From Octopus sinensis (taxonomy: Eukaryota): a stretch of DNA of 64,000 bases. Numbering within the stretch: position 1 is the stretch's first letter; every line of letters starts with the position of its first letter. A program made the translations under genes and the position numbers. The DNA lies in assembly GCF_006345805.1 (NCBI RefSeq), contig NC_043016.1, forward strand, positions 26,040,001 through 26,104,000, in the 5' to 3' direction. This document shows positions 11,951 to 25,400 of the stretch, in pieces. Under the pieces are notes generated by a model. It searched no databases. It saw only the letters and a list, made by a program, of their open reading frames with translations, and was not told the origin of the DNA.

Positions 11951-13784
11951 GGTGGTTAAATTAGCAAATTCTTTAGAGTTTTGGATAAAATGTCTGTTAA
12001 TAATTGTTCTGACTTCTGTCTGTGCTTTGGGTTCAAATCACACCAAGGTCACCTTTGACTTTCATCCGTTCAAGGTCAATAAAGTCAGTACTAATCTAGG
12101 TGGTGCACTAGCAGAACAGCCATAACATTAAACTTGTAGTATTTGCTCTTGTTCAAGGCAGCGAGCTGGCAGAAACGTTAGCATGCTGGGCAAAATGCTT
12201 AGCAATATTTCATCTGTCTTTATGTTCTGAGTTCAAATTCCGCCATGGTCGACTTTGCCTTTCATCCTTTTAGGGGTCGATAAATTAAGTCGATCTAATC
12301 AACTGACTCCCTCCCCCCAAAATTTCCAGCCTTATGCCTAGAGTAGAAAAGTATTTGCTCCTGTTCTTTGCATTCTGAGTTCAAATTTCATCAAGGCCTA
12401 TGACCTATGAGGGCAGTAGATTTTTATCTTTTACCCACTTGAAAAATAAAACACCATCTAGACACATTAGGTGCCTTGCAAGCATTTGGGATCAAGTCTC
12501 TGATTTGTGTATACCTTTTTTCTTAACTCCCTCATACCAGTCTTGGAGGTTCATTTCCACTGCATTTGGTTTGGATGTAAAAATTTTTAAATAAAAAAAT
12601 GTGGTTTATTGGGATAGATTTGAAAGTTTTGCTGATGATAGAATGATGCAAATGAATCTTATTATTAAAGCAATTGTCTATTCTTGATTTAATAATATTC
12701 ATGTATAGTGTTTGGATTAAATGTTGGATATTTTACCAACCCTGAAAGGATGAAAGGCAAAGTTGACCCCAGTGGCATTCAAACTCAGCATGTTAAGACA
12801 GACAAAATGCTGCTAAGAATTTTTCCCAGTGCTCTAACGATTTGGCCAGCTTGCCACCTTTAAATTTTCTAAATATCATAAGGATGCACATAGGAAGAAG
12901 TATCTTTGGAATTTGTAGTGCCAGTTTAAATAGTTCTAGATGTTGTTCGGGGTTCCAGTGATTCTTTCAATCTTGAGTATATGTTTGTAACTCTGTCAGA
13001 TCCTAGGGCTTCTGAGTTTAAGGATTTTCATATTGTCTGATGAATATAAACTATCAAAATTATGGTCTAAGTGCAACACTCTAATTAAAATATATAATAA
13101 AATTATTTAATTGAAATATAAATTAGATTCATTATATTTTTTGCTTTTGTCTTCACATTCATTAACATAAAAATGTTTCTTCCTAAATGGAATGTTCTCA
13201 ATTATGTCGTAAACTGAAGTTTTATTACAGAATAAATATAGGGAAATAGGGATTAAATAAAATAAGGCGAATATCTCTTTAAGCTGTCTACAGAAATAGA
13301 ACCCAGTTATTGAAATTGTTCAGTTGATATTTTAGTAATCTGTATAGGTTGTTTTACATTTCTTATGAGCAGTACAATTTGTAAATCTAAAGTATCTTAC
13401 CAATTGTTTTCAGTGTGTTAATCACAAAAAATGAAGATACATTATCAATGATTTATTTAGTTTACAAATGTTTTGAATAGTTTAGCACAATGCGACTGCT
13501 ACACATTATGGTTTTCTTATTTAATCAGTATTTCATTTGATCAATTAATTAACTATGTTAACTTTGTGAAGAATAGTTTGGTAATCAGCAGCTCTGTACT
13601 TCTGGCTAATTTATTGATCAAATGAAGAAATGATTAGATGTGCAAATTGCAATGTGCACCAATTGAATTGTGCTAAACTATTTGAAACATATGTAAGCTA
13701 AATATATCATTGATAATATGTCTTCATTCTTTGTTTCATATAAGTGTACATATATATTCTGATATTATATTCTATACTTTTCAG

Positions 13785-13906
13785 GATATTCAACCATGCC
13801 AATATTCTACCTGTTTTGGCCTGTTGTAATGAACGTCCTAACTTGGTCGTTATTAGTCAGTATATGGTCCATGGATCACTCTATAATGTCCTTCATGGAG
13901 AAACAG
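13785..13906 (+). CDS. ILK: ILK exon (R)IFNHANILPVLACCNERPNLVVISQYMVHGSLYNVLHGET
   Basis: ttttcag / gtaaat, phase 2/1; GSLYNVLH motif. Confidence 0.97.
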
Positions 13907-15276
13907 GTAAATTCCTTCTTTAATATCTAAGAATAGTTAGTGTTGTATGAAATACCTTGTGGTATTTAAATATGTTTTAAAATCTCAACAAAGTTGACTT
14001 TACCTTTCACTGAGGTAACCAAACTAAAGTACCAGTCTAGTGCTGGAGTCACTTTAATCAACTCATCCTCTCCCACTCCCAAATTTGTGGCCTGGTGCCT
14101 ATATTAGAAATCAGTAGCAATAAATATCAGTTATTTTCATCAGGGATAATGACATATATTTTAATTATCATTGTTTTATGTCCATTTTCCATGCTGGCAT
14201 AAGTTGGATTGTTTAACAGAAGCTTGCAAAACTGGGGACTGCACCAGATTCCATTGGCAGTTTCAGTAGGATTTCTGTTGCTGGATGCCCTTTTTAACAA
14301 CAACCATTTTACTGAGTGTACATGATACTTTTAATGTGGCACCAGAACCAATGCCTTTTACGTGACATCAGTATTGACAGGGTCACCAAACACCTTGCAA
14401 GACTAAAACCTCTCAACTGGAAAAGGTGGTTGGCCTGGTGCTAATTGAGAGATTTAAGATATACAAGGGACAGGTATAGGTGTCATGCTGTAGAGTAGAT
14501 ACCCCAGTTGGAAAACAAATAGACTAAGTAGCAGGTTTTAAAAAAATAAATACTGGGGGCGATTTATTTAACTAAAAAATTCCTCAAGGTGGTGCCCTAG
14601 CATGGCCACAGTCTAATGACTGAAACAAATGAAAAATAAATTATGAAATCTCATTAATATGAAACGAAAAAAAGGCTGAATAATTATTGTATGATTTTTA
14701 AAAAGCTGTTTAAGATTACTTGAAATTCTGTTTGCATGAAACACTATACAAAGGATTATGGAAAAATCCAAATGTAAAGTTGGGTAACATGTGGAGCTAA
14801 TATGCTAGATTTACATTAATGTTACAGATACCCTTGTGTAAACTTGGTAACATCTGGTGTCTTGTGGAACCATTTACACAAATTCATTATTGTTTTGATA
14901 TTTAGCCTTGCACTGCAAGAAGATTTGATGAATCTCAACATGGACAGTTAATCTCGACCCTTGCCCTGGCCTGATAGAAAAGTCAGTGTCCATTACCTTT
15001 GCAGGCTTTCTTGCACTTGTAAGATTAATGCCATTAGTGTTTCTCTTGCAATGTCAACTCTTGGTGGGGAAGACATGAACTGGGAGGAAATTCTAGCAGG
15101 CTGACATTCTGAAAAGGAAGGACTGGCCCAAGTTTTAAAGTTTGGCTTATGCTCAGTAATTTCAGGGGCGGGGGATAACTCGATTACATTACCCCCAGTC
15201 TTCAACTGGTAGTTATTTTATCAACCCTAAAAGGGTAAAAGACAAAGTCAACCTCAGCAGAATTTGAACTCAGAAT

Positions 15277-15690
15277 CATCATCATCATCATTATCATTGT
15301 TTAATGTCCGCTTTCCATGCTAGCATGGTTGGACGATTTGACTGAGGACTGGCGAACCAGATGGCTACACCAGGCTCCAATCTGATCTGGCAGGGTTTCT
15401 ACAGCTGGATGCCCTTCCTAACGCCAACCACTCCGAGAGTGTAGTGGATGCTTTTATGTGCCACCGGCACAAGGGCCAGTCAGGTGGTACTGGCAACGGC
15501 CATGCTCAAATGCCACCTGCACAGGAGCCAGTCCAGTGGCACTGGTAACGATTCATTTGCCTCAACAGGTCTTTGCAAGCAAAGTTTAGTGTCCAATGAA
15601 GGAATGGTACACATAAGCGGGCTGGTTACACCCCTGGCATAGGCCATGAGGTTATGGTCTCACTTGGCTTGCCGGGTCATGAAACATCGA
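15277..15690 (-). mobile_element. SINE family C copy with (ATG/TGA)n tail. Others at ~34260-34620, 63438-63760, fragments at 14160-14410 and 60010-60230
   Basis: Recurrent GGCTCCAGTCTGATCTGGCAG..CTACAGCTGGATGCCCTTCCTAACGCCAACCAC next to (ATC)n. Confidence 0.8.
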
Positions 15691-16703
15691 TAAGCATTTT
15701 GCCTGATGTGCTAACTATTCTGCCTGTTCACTTCTCTGAATATTATTATCACATTGTAAGGTAATGAGCTGGCAGAATTGTTACCATACCAGGAAAAATG
15801 CTTAGCAGCAATTTCTCTGATTTTATGCTCTGAGTTCAAATGCTGCTAAGGTCAGTTCTGTCTTTCATCCTTTCATGGTCAATAAAGTAAGTACCAGTTG
15901 AGCAATGGAGCTGATGTACCCCATCCCCAAACTTGCTGGTCTTGTACCAAAATTTGAAATTGATGTTATGGATCACTTAGCACATTAGGCAAAATGCTTA
16001 GCAGTATTTCGTCCAGCTTCACATTAAGAGTTCAAATTCATCTATGGTTGACTTTACCTTTCATTCTTTTAGAGTCAATAAAAATAAATTCTAGTTGAGC
16101 ATCAGGGTCAATGAAATAATTCCCTGAACTTGTTGGTCTTATGCCAGAATTTGAAACCAGTGTTAATGTCACACTGTTAGGAGAGGAGGAGAGATTGAAT
16201 ATATCAGCTAATGCTTCCAATCAAATATTTTAATCAGAAACACCAGTCAAATGTATCGACAGAGCCAACACATTGCAGGTTGGTTTGAGGTTATGATGCA
16301 TAGAAGGCTGCTTATTTGCAAGCCTATTTTCAAAACAAAACTAGTAGGAAAAAAGTAGATGTAAAACCAGAGATGATGAGAGTCTTTTCTTCTTCATATT
16401 TTTACTTTAATATTTTCACCACTGTTGCATGGATCATAATGATATTTTGTTTAAAAGGGCTTTAACCCATTAACATTTAATCTGGCCATAACAAGTCCAA
16501 ATATTCTAACTTTGTGTTAAAACTGACCAGATCCAACTTCTCACACCTACCCTACAATTTCAATCTGAAAATATACCAATTTTGAAGCTACAAGACAATG
16601 CATGATTAATTCAAAGCAACATGAATAAATAAGCATTGCATTTGACAGAGGAATTTGAATGCTTAAAGGATTAATGAAAATTTTATTTTCTATTTTAAAA
16701 TAG

Positions 16704-16825
16704 ATATTGTTGTTGATCAAAACCAAGCATTGAGATTTGCTCTGGATATTGCAAGAGGTATGGAATTTCTTCACTCCATGGAACCCATGATACCAAATAT
16801 TGCTCTTAACAGCAAACACGTCATG
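16704..16825 (+). CDS. ILK: ILK exon (D)[40 protein letters not shown]
   Basis: aaatag / gtaagt, phase 1/0; pseudokinase catalytic loop ALN in place of HRD. Confidence 0.97.
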
Positions 16826-17542
16826 GTAAGTTGATTTTTTTCATGCTTCTTTTCATAATAAAACCATCACTGAGCCTTCATTTAAAATTCATCTCATTTC
16901 ATATCAGCTTTCCTCCCACCACAATCACACAGGTATTTAATTAATTTTTATATGGATTATATTTTAAAATTGTACTTAATTTGTTATTGTTATCATACTT
17001 TACAATTCTTAACTGTTTTCTTTCAAAATAAATTTAAGTAAATATTGTTTCTTCCTTGTAAGCATTTACCATCAGATAAAAATTTTCTGCATTGTTTTTA
17101 TATTCAGTATCTTCAGATATTTAATGTATTAATATAAAATACTTCCTATTTATAATCTCTGTTAATCTTAACCATTATAGGAATCATTTAATTAAATGTA
17201 ACTGTTCCTTTATAAATTTACTCTGACTCTTAAAGTCATTATAATGTTCAAACTGAGCAATTTAATAAATTTTAATTGAAACTTAGCAGTTTTCTATTTT
17301 CTTCTTGCTAGAAGTTATTTTCAAATTTTTGCAGCCTCCATATATTTCTTATGACTTGACATAATTAAATAATCATTTACCAATATCAAACATTTGAATT
17401 CATATCCATGTGTGATGAGTTGTCATCATTAATGAAACGTTAGATCAACCTCTTAATGGTGGAGTTCTTTGATTTATATTGAAGTTCTTTCCCTATCGCA
17501 ATCAGTAAATTTCATTACTTTTGTCAGAAACATTCATTCTCT

Positions 17543-17545
<3 letters not shown>

Positions 17546-17624
<79 letters not shown>

Positions 17625-17660
17625 CTATCTCTATCTCCCTCTCTCTATCTCTCTCTCTCT
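17546..17660. repeat. (TC)n/(TATC)n microsatellite
   Basis: Direct reading. Confidence 0.9.
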
Positions 17661-17843
17661 ACTTTCTTTCTTTTGTTCTCTCTCCAGCTATTTCTGTTTT
17701 CCTTTTCTTTCCTCTTTTTTTTATCTATCTATTTGTAGCTTCCTATATATTTGTCTGCATATTCATATCTATCTGTTGTCTAACTGTCTATGTATCTATG
17801 TATTTGTCTCTCTATGTATCTCTTCCTCTCTCCCTCTCATGTA

Positions 17844-17903
<60 letters not shown>

Positions 17904-19357
17904 ATATATTATTATTTATCCTCTAACCTGTTTTACCTAAATATCTATCTCCCTACAATAATGTACCTATCGTTTGTCTTTCTAACCACCTACCTGTCTA
18001 CCTACATGTCTGTGTATCTGTTTTGTCTAACGATTTGTCTGTGTTTCATGTGTTCCTATCTGCATATCAACCTTGTTGCTTAACTATCATTTAGTCTTCA
18101 CTCAGTTTATTCAATCCTACATCCTCACTCAATCCAATATTGCTTTTAGTTCTCAGTATGTATATTATTGATATTAAAACAGTATTCATCATTCCTAAAT
18201 GTACTTGATTAAAATGGAATTCATCAATTCTTAAGAAGAGAAAATAATTGCCATCAGCTGTGTCCCTGTCAGTACTAACTTATCCAATAATCGTTTTAAA
18301 ATGAATTAATTAAATATATCATTTCACCTTTCTGATATAAATAGTGGTGTTAATACTTATGGTCTCATGAAAAGGTAAATAAATTTTAAAATTATTTCAA
18401 ATAAATGATTTCTCATAATACTTTTCTTAAATTAGATTTAGTTCTGCAACATGTCAATTACATTTTAACTATTATTTCAAAGAAATGATTGATTATTACA
18501 AGACAAAAAATTCCTTTAAGTATGAATAATACAATTTTTTTTTTATAAAAATTATTAAATGATGTTTCATATAATTTTGAAAAGATTTTTTTAATGTAAT
18601 TTCTTGAGTAAATACATAAATTTGTTTGATTAATTAATAATTATTATTAATTAGCTATACATCATATAACATCAGTGTTAGTTTATTTTAAATGTCTTCT
18701 TTAGCTACAAATACCTAGCAATTTCCAGCACCTTTGAATATATCCTTTTACCTCTACTCACTCCCCAGACATGACACATGTCTTCTTCAAATGTAATACT
18801 TATTTGCTCCTGTATACCCAACAAAACTTGTGGCACAAGGTTTTCAGTTTGTCACCAATTTTCTTCCGATTTCTATTCCCCCAGGAGACATGTGACACTA
18901 AATGACAATTTTTTTCACTATTTTTCTTTTATCTCTACCCACCACTTTTTCCACATGTAACACTATATTACTTTACATATTGTCGCCTGCCACTAGCATC
19001 CACCTCCCAACGCAATAAGTATAGTACATTATTATCTAGTCTTGTGTCTTCTGGTCCTACATGATTTTTTTTTCTTTTGTCACGTGTGGTCCTACAAGAG
19101 TTTTCTTTTGCCACATGCAATATCATCATTAGCTTGTCTAGTTCCTTGTAGGAACATGCACACCTATGGTATTAGGACCACTTCTACTTAACCCCTCCCA
19201 CCACATGCAACCATTATCACTTGTTCCTCCCTCTACATGCCCAACATCTCATAATTACTAATCCCCTTACCACTATTACCACAAACTTGTTGTTATCAGC
19301 ATCATAAGCATCATCATCATCTTGATCATCATCATCATCATCATTGTTTGATCTCTT

Positions 19358-19392
<35 letters not shown>

Positions 19393-19457
19393 TGCTCTTT
19401 CTCTTTCTCTCTGTGTGTTTGTGTGTGCGTGTTTGTGATAACTATGTTCTGTTTTAG

Positions 19458-19529
19458 ATTGACGAAGACCTGGCTAAGATAAATATCGATGATCCTAAGT
19501 ATTCTGCTCGGGATGTCGCAATCAATGGG
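19458..19529 (+). CDS. ILK: Putative alternative ILK exon IDEDLAKINIDDPKYSARDVAING, a paralogue of exon 36608-36707; read-through stop at 19566-19568
   Basis: gttctgttttag acceptor, phase 0, compatible with the upstream exon; GTAACA donor at 19530; 10/16 aa identical to the canonical exon, with synonymous differences. Confidence 0.65.
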
Positions 19530-20743
19530 GTAACACAACATATTTGTTTTTGTGCCTGTGTGTTATGACTATTACTATGGTTCATGCAGTTTTAGTTGAC
19601 CATTTGCAGCCACCACTCTGCCAAACCACTAACCTTTTTTTACTTACATACATACTAACACCTTATAGTACTGATGTAGTTATTATTATTATTATTATTA
19701 ATATTATTATTATTATTATTACTATTACTATTACTATTACTATTATTAGATACCATTGCAGTTAGTAGAGCTTTATTTTATTTTATTTTATTTTATTTTA
19801 TGTATTTATATATTTATATTATACTGAATTTTTTTTGTACATTTCCTCACCACCAGCACTCTCAATTCCTTTAGTATTTTAATTCTTACGGCTGTTTTTG
19901 CTAATGTCTTAGACAGAAATTGCTGGTTGCGATAGCTCAATCACAATTATTGCCATTTTCTTTTCTTTTCTTTTTGTTTTATCAACCTTATTATTATCAG
20001 AAATATAATTATCAATGTTATTATTAGTAAATTTTTTAAATTTAAAAAATTTCTATTCCTATCTATTCTTTACAGATAGTTTATGGATGCTATGACAAAG
20101 AGTGTGTGTGCGTGTGTATATATGCGTGCACTTGTGCACGCACTCATATGTGTTCCTGTTTTTAATGCATCTGTAATATATTAAAGTGTTGTACTAAGAT
20201 AATTGAAATTACCTAGTGTAAAAGATATTGGTCTGCCAGTTTTTATTTTCAAATCTTCTGGGAGGATTTTGCTGTGTTTCTAACACTACAGGCTTCTTCT
20301 TTCTGGTTTCATATTCAGTCCTACTGTGTGTCATATTTAGCTTATGTTTTCTATTATAAGCCCTAGGCCAACCAAAGCTTTGTGAATGAAGTGTGTGTGT
20401 GTGTGTATTTTACAGTCTCCTTGCCTTGATGTAATTTAATGATTCTAAGTGTCACTGTCATGCAAGTGACATCTTTTGTTTCTCATCTTCGGTGGTGTCT
20501 GGTCATAAGGAAATATTACCTTTCTTGGAAACAGGTGAAGGTTGGCAACAGAGGAGCATCTGGCTGTAGAAAATCTGCCTCAACAAATTCTGTTTGAGTC
20601 ATGTGAAGATGAAAAAGTGGATGTTAAATGAATACACACACACACACACTCATGGTAAAACAAACAAATGATAGATACATGCATATATATGTATATGTAT
20701 ACGTGTGTATGTGTGTGTATATATATATTTACACACATATACT

Positions 20744-20776
<33 letters not shown>

Positions 20777-22427
20777 TGGATCTTATATATTTATGTAAAC
20801 ACATATATGTATGTCATTCATTTGTTTTGGCATTTAAGTATTTCTCCTTTAATAAGTCTTTGTCTAGCTCATGCTGGCATGGTTTGACTGAATAGTTATG
20901 AATACTTATGAATAGGCAATGTTTTATAGTTAGATGCCTCAATTTTGGCTAATTTTTGCCTACATTCAAGTAAGGGCCTTTTTTTTTTATTTCACTTATT
21001 TTTAAAAGTTAGGAAATGTTACTATAACATCACTGATTTTTGCTCACCACTTTCATTTGAAAATGTGGAATGCAAACATTCATATCAGCATACACCTACC
21101 ACAAGCTTCCCTACAGTTTTCATCTACCAAATCTCTCACAAGACAGCTGTAGAACACATCAGCTAAAGGCACCATGCAGTTTGATAGTATTCAAAACCAG
21201 GTGGTTACAAGGTGCACTCCATAATCACACAGCCATGCCTATGCCAATTCGACACTAACAAGTTGTATAAAGGCTTGTATACAATATATATATATTGTAG
21301 ACATGTGTATTTGATTTTACTTATATGCGTCTATTCTTGTTGTTCATTTACTGGTATTACATTGGAAATTATATATTTTATATTCCTTATTTTACCATTT
21401 ATCAAATTGTTCAAGTTGTTTCTATCAGTGATTATTCCTGGAAACTGTTCACTTCCCTCTACTGTTTCTAAAATCAGTTTTTACAAACTTTAAACTTCCA
21501 GTATATATATGTTTAGATATTGAATGTGTTTATGTACCTGTGTGCATACACATGAATGCAAATATTTATGCACAACATACTTGTACATATAGTATATAAC
21601 TGCATAGTTGAAATTTTTGGAATTTGTGGTCAGAAGAGACAAGCCAAAATTGTACATATTTATACATTGGTCTGTGTGTGTGTGTGTGTAAAGTGTACAA
21701 TGTGTGTTATGTGTATGTATATTGTGATCCTGTATTCTGTTGCAAGTATAAAATAATGTCCTTGATTATTACTTACCCTGATTTCCTGTCTTTACTTAAC
21801 TGAAAAATAGCTACCATAGCATTGCTTATCAAGTACATTTGTTTCTAGAAAATACATTTAGTCATAATCTCAGAAAATATATTCTTGAATTGTAAACCGT
21901 TTAAACAAATCCTTTATTAAGTACAACCTAATAAGACGTGTTCATGTGTGTTTCCATATATGTGTATGTGCGTGTGTGTGTATGTGTGTTAAAGGTATAT
22001 AAAATTATAGATCCATTGCAGCTGGCCTTACTGATTGGCTGTTGTGGATCTTATAATACTGCATGCTTTAATTAATATACTTAATGTACTCTATTGACAA
22101 ATAAACAAATGCCTATTTTTACTGACTTATGACTTCTTAAATGACTACATACACAGTTACATTCACACACACATAGTTACATTAACACACACACACACAC
22201 ACATAGTTATATTCACATGCATAAATAAATGCCAGAAATAGACTAGTTTAAGTTATAACCCATGATGGATATAAAATTATCAAAACTCAACTATCAGAGC
22301 CCTCATTATTCCTTACTGCATTAGATTTTAGTTCATTGAAAGATTTGAAATATTTTTTAAGAATGTAAAGAACAACAAATTTTTTTAAATCTTTTGATGC
22401 ATCGAGCAATATGTTGGTTTCATCTAT

Positions 22428-22812
22428 TACTCTTTTACTTGTTTCAGTCATTTGACTGTGGCCATGCTGGAGCACCGCCTTTAGTCAAGCAAATCGACCC
22501 CAGGACTTATTCTTTGTAAGCCTAGTACTTATTCTATCGGTCACTTTTGCCGAACCGCTCGGTTACGAGGACGTAAACACACCAGCATTTGTTGTCAAAC
22601 AATGTTGGGGGGACAAACACAGACACACCCATACATATATATACATATATATGACTGGCTTCTTTCAGTTTCCATCTACCTAATCCACTCACAAGGCTTT
22701 GGTCAGCCCTAGGCTATAGTAGAAGACACTTGCCCAAGGTGCCACACAGTGGGACTGAACACGGAACCATGTGGTTGGTAAGCAAGCTACTTACCACACA
22801 GCCACTCCTATG
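22428..22812 (-). mobile_element. SINE family A copy
   Basis: Full-length reverse-complement match to family A. Confidence 0.85.
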
Positions 22813-23470
22813 CTTATTGTTACTGAAATTAAACAGTTTGATGCAAAATTATATTTATTTGAATGGAGGTTGTTTCTGATTTAGATTATTTGTTCTCTAT
22901 ATAAAATTACTTTCAGAATAATCTACTGTATGTTATTTGAAAATATTTTGGTTTTAATAGTCATTCATAATGCTTTCCTTAATTGAGAGCAATTAATATT
23001 TTGTTAGTTCTGGTTTGTGTTTGTATGTCTGCTCAATTTAGGTCAAATTGTCAGCCAATGGAAGAACAAAAAAATTTGCCAGATTTTTAACTGAATATAC
23101 AATTATGGCATTGTTATTTATTCTGCCATATTATTTGAATGTTAGAATATAATTTTTGTGATGCCATTTTATTGTTTTCTGTGCAGAACATGAATGATGT
23201 CAGCAGTAAATATTTAGTGTCGAATTATTATTAATAATTTATTTTTACCTTGTTTGTATCACCTGGAATTCTTTTTACCTTTGTACATATGAACATTTCA
23301 AATTGGCTGCAAGAAAAAAAAAAGAAAGTAACCATCATGACTGTTATTGAATAATAATTTTAAAATAGATTGGAATAATGTTTTATAAACGTATATCTGC
23401 TTCTTAAAATGGTATTGTGTGTTGGTAGAAGAAAATACATGCAATAGATAAAAACCAAAACAAAACTATA

Positions 23471-24285
23471 CACTGCATCCCACATTATTAGGCAAATCAA
23501 CCTTCTCTCAATGAATAAATGTATATTCATTCAAAACCAGTTGTTTTCCCTCTGACTTTTGGCAACACCTATCTGTGCACATTCTGTTAAAATAAATCGG
23601 ATCTGCACAGATGAAAACAAACAGTGGCCATTATTGTATAGCAGCAACATTTCTGCTGTCTCAAATTATTAGGCAGGTGCATAATTTAAGTGTCATTATG
23701 GGTCAGAAATGTGAACTTACCTTGAATGAGCAGTTTACCAGTGTGTCAGAGCTTGGAAAAGGGAAAACAGCTATAGAAATATCAAAAATACTGGGAAGAG
23801 ATTACTAAACAGTGAAGAAATTTGTGCAGTCTCCTATTTCTGTCTAGTCGAGAACAGATAAAAATAAGTCGAGCCTTGCTTCAAATCATACTTTGTCTCA
23901 TGTGAAAAGGGAAGTTGTGAAGAACCCATGTCCAACATGTAGAGAAGTTTTCAAATGGGGCAGGGAAGACATATCGAAAACTACCAGGTGTTGCCCCTTG
24001 AAGTAGGTAGTTAGGAATGTTAAACCTGTTACAAGGTTATGTTTTCACCATCACAAATTATTTCACTGTCACAAATTATTAGGCAAATATAATAAAAATG
24101 ATAATAGTTGCCCAATCACAAAAAATGGCCACCATTTGTTGGCATCGGCACAGCTCCGATTCATTTTAACAGAATGTGTGCAGATGGGTGTTGCTAACAG
24201 TCAATGAGAAAACAACTGGTTTTGAACGAATATACATTTATTTATTGAGAGAAGGTTGATTTGCCTAATAATGTGAAACATTATA
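23471..24285 (+). mobile_element. Internally deleted Tc1-like transposon
   Basis: TA + CACTGCATCCCACATTATTAGGCAAA TIR, long inverted arms, inner ATTATTAGGCA repeats; 23699 onward reads MGQKCELTLNEQFTSVSELGKGKTAIEISKILGRDY*TVKKFV (paired-type HTH). Confidence 0.8.
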
Positions 24286-24359
24286 TACATACATGAAAAT
24301 ATAAATATTATTGAAATAATATTAATACACCTGCTTCATATATTTATATATATATATAT

Positions 24360-24702
24360 AAACAATTGCAGCATGGAAGGTGTTTGTAAGCCATTTAAGA
24401 AACACACAAAAACCGTTCGATTCACTTCAACATTTAAGTTTAATTTGTCAAAATATTTTCGTCGCTAAAATCCGCGACCTGTCACTGACAAAAATCCATG
24501 CAGCACGGATTTTTGTCAGTGAACAGGTCGCGGATTTTAGCGACGAAAATATTTTGACAAATTAAACTTAAATGTTGAAGTGAATCGAACGGCTTTTGTG
24601 TGTTTCTTAAATGGCTTACAAACACCTTCCACGCTGCAATTGTTTTCGTTCCAGCACATGATCTCAGATCAAATCACTTGCTATGCGAGTACATCTACGT
24701 AA
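24360..24702 (-). mobile_element. Second copy of the (TA)n-embedded foldback element
   Basis: Reverse complement of 2593-2937, flanked by (TA)n on both sides. Confidence 0.88.
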
Positions 24703-25141
24703 TATATATATATAATGCAAATAAGTAACAAGGATGTCCAGGTAACCGAACTGGTTTGTGAGATGGTATGTTTAACATTAAGATTACTCTATCAAATGTA
24801 ATACTTATTTATTCACATTGTTTTCAGTTTATCCTGCATTATTTTGTAGTGTTGAGATTTCAGTGATGTGACTGTATATTTTTTAGACTAACAGTGGACA
24901 GTAGATGTGAGAGGCTGGATCTGGCCAGTTTGAACATCATACAGGGAAAATATTTTGACTGGATATTGCTAGTTTAAATGCTAAATGATATGTAAAGATA
25001 TGCTGTACTTGAGAGCTGTCCAAATTAGACATTAAAAAGATAATTAAGATGATGAAAATAATAATATTGGATTGATTGACAGAAAGTATGTATTTATTAA
25101 AGTTGTGTGTGTGTGTGTGTGTGCATATGCATGTATCCATA

Positions 25142-25191
<50 letters not shown>

Positions 25192-25194
25192 ATC

Positions 25195-25369
25195 CAAACA
25201 AGAAAACACAACAATGCGAGGATGTGGAACAAATATAGTATTATTGGACGCTCAGGAAAGAAGGAGGGTTTAACGTTTCGAGCGGAGCTCTTCGTCGGAA
25301 ACATAGGAGAAGGAAAGATCCAGAGAAGGGAAGACAGAGGGAAAAAATCGCCAACGGTACATACAAGGT

Positions 25370-25376
<7 letters not shown>
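25195..25376 (-). mobile_element. Penelope-like terminal-repeat fragment containing a minimal hammerhead-like motif (25268-25302)
   Basis: - strand reads GTTT-CCGACGA-A-GAGC-TCC-GCTC-GAAA-CGT-T-AAAC. Confidence 0.55.

Positions 25377-25400
<24 letters not shown>

Noticed and set aside
23040-23150. Possible acceptor (caatttag) with short open frames
   Set aside because: No homology or donor; such sites are common in AT-rich introns.
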